Shown: one piece after another, positions 55,174 to 55,779 of the stretch | How positions within the stretch are numbered: the stretch's first letter is position 1 | How the letters are laid out: every line of letters starts with the position of its first letter | IMG/VR virus record: IMGVR_UViG_3300017565_000006 | Location: 1-55,779 of that record | From: a virus | Taxonomy: Duplodnaviria; Caudoviricetes | DNA: 55,779 nt | Direction: 5' to 3' (one strand) | Translations under genes and position numbers: made by a program | The notes under the pieces: generated by a model | The model's input: the letters and a program-made list of their open reading frames with translations, nothing else | Database searches by the model: none | Told to the model about the DNA's origin: nothing

Positions 55174-55779
55174 ATGACAATCAGAGAGGATGTGCAGAAG
55201 TTCGCGCCGGGCAATCTCGTAACACTGTACGAGATTGACTTAACCGTGTTTGGCGGCGATGTGCAGCGGTACCACGCGCACAATACAAATGTGATTGTAT
55301 GGCGAGGCAACGAGTATTTCCCGTGGCCGATTGAGGCGGCGGAATTTGAGCGCAGCGGGCAAGGCTCGCAGCCTAATCCGGCCCTACGTATTGGAAACAT
55401 TGGCGTCGATGGAGAAGGCAATCACATTGAAGGCGTTGTCTCGGCGCTTTGTTTGCAGTTCGATGATTTGGTGGGGGCGAAAATCACTCGCATTCGCACA
55501 TTTGAAAAGTATTTAGACGGGCAACCGGGCGCAGATCCTAACCAAGAGTTTCCGCGTGAAATTTGGCTGATCGAGCAGAAGACCACCGAGACGCCTGAGA
55601 CCGTCAGTTTTCTTTTGGCATCGCCCTTGCAGTTCGATAACGTACAGCTGCCAAGCAGAGAAATTGTTGCCGGTCTTTGTGGCTGGTTATGGAAGGGCGG
55701 CTACCGTGGCCCATACTGCGGTTACACCGGATCTGCAATGTTTGATAAGAATGGCGACCCGGTAACTGATCCAACACTA
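55174..55779 (+). CDS. tail tip protein L, 5' part (continues at 124-222 across the junction)
   Basis: PGNLVTLYEID, WRGNEY.PWP, DDLVGAKITRIRTFEKYLDG, WLIEQK; absent from the ORF track because there is no stop within the window. Confidence 0.9.
   Translation, partial: MTIREDVQKFAPGNLVTLYEIDLTVFGGDVQRYHAHNTNVIVWRGNEYFPWPIEAAEFERSGQGSQPNPALRIGNIGVDGEGNHIEGVVSALCLQFDDLVGAKITRIRTFEKYLDGQPGADPNQEFPREIWLIEQKTTETPETVSFLLASPLQFDNVQLPSREIVAGLCGWLWKGGYRGPYCGYTGSAMFDKNGDPVTDPTL
55657..55779. repeat. 123-bp direct terminal repeat, copy 2
   Basis: Identical to 1-123. Confidence 0.95.

Noticed and set aside
55657-55779. 123-bp repeat as a biological terminal repeat
   Set aside because: It interrupts the L gene mid-frame, and the terminase looks PBSX/SPP1-like (usually headful), so an assembler overlap is the simpler explanation; read data would be needed to confirm

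Overview
The window is an apparently complete, circularly permuted siphovirus-type dsDNA phage genome of about 55,656 bp. Bases 1-123 repeat at 55657-55779 and split the tail-tip L gene. The + strand arm (32348 to end, wrapping to 7564) carries primase, SF3 helicase, a putative origin, terminase, head genes, a 6-kb head/neck accessory cluster, a lambda/T1-like tail (TMP, M, L, K, I, J, fibre) and holin/SAR-endolysin/Rz-Rz1 lysis genes. The - strand arm (7561-32270) carries replication genes (DnaE-type polymerase, DnaQ exonuclease, beta-clamp-like protein, SNF2 helicase, nuclease, SSB-like protein, MazG-like protein) and many small early genes. I saw no integrase, repressor, RNA polymerase, tRNA, CRISPR array or reverse transcriptase. 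The Rz/Rz1 pair implies a Gram-negative host, and the GlyGly-CTERM tail suggests a proteobacterium. The most unusual signals are: (1) a perfect chromosomal-type parS site inside the head morphogenesis gene although the phage has no parAB; (2) an exported metzincin protease with a rhombosortase-type GlyGly-CTERM tail; (3) five promoter-hairpin-Shine-Dalgarno cassettes in the early region; (4) two intergenic three-way-junction RNA-like elements; (5) two CsrA/RsmA-type hairpins in the late operon; (6) a five-gene beta-helix/Ig cluster between the capsid and neck genes. All calls come from motif recognition by eye, with no database searches.
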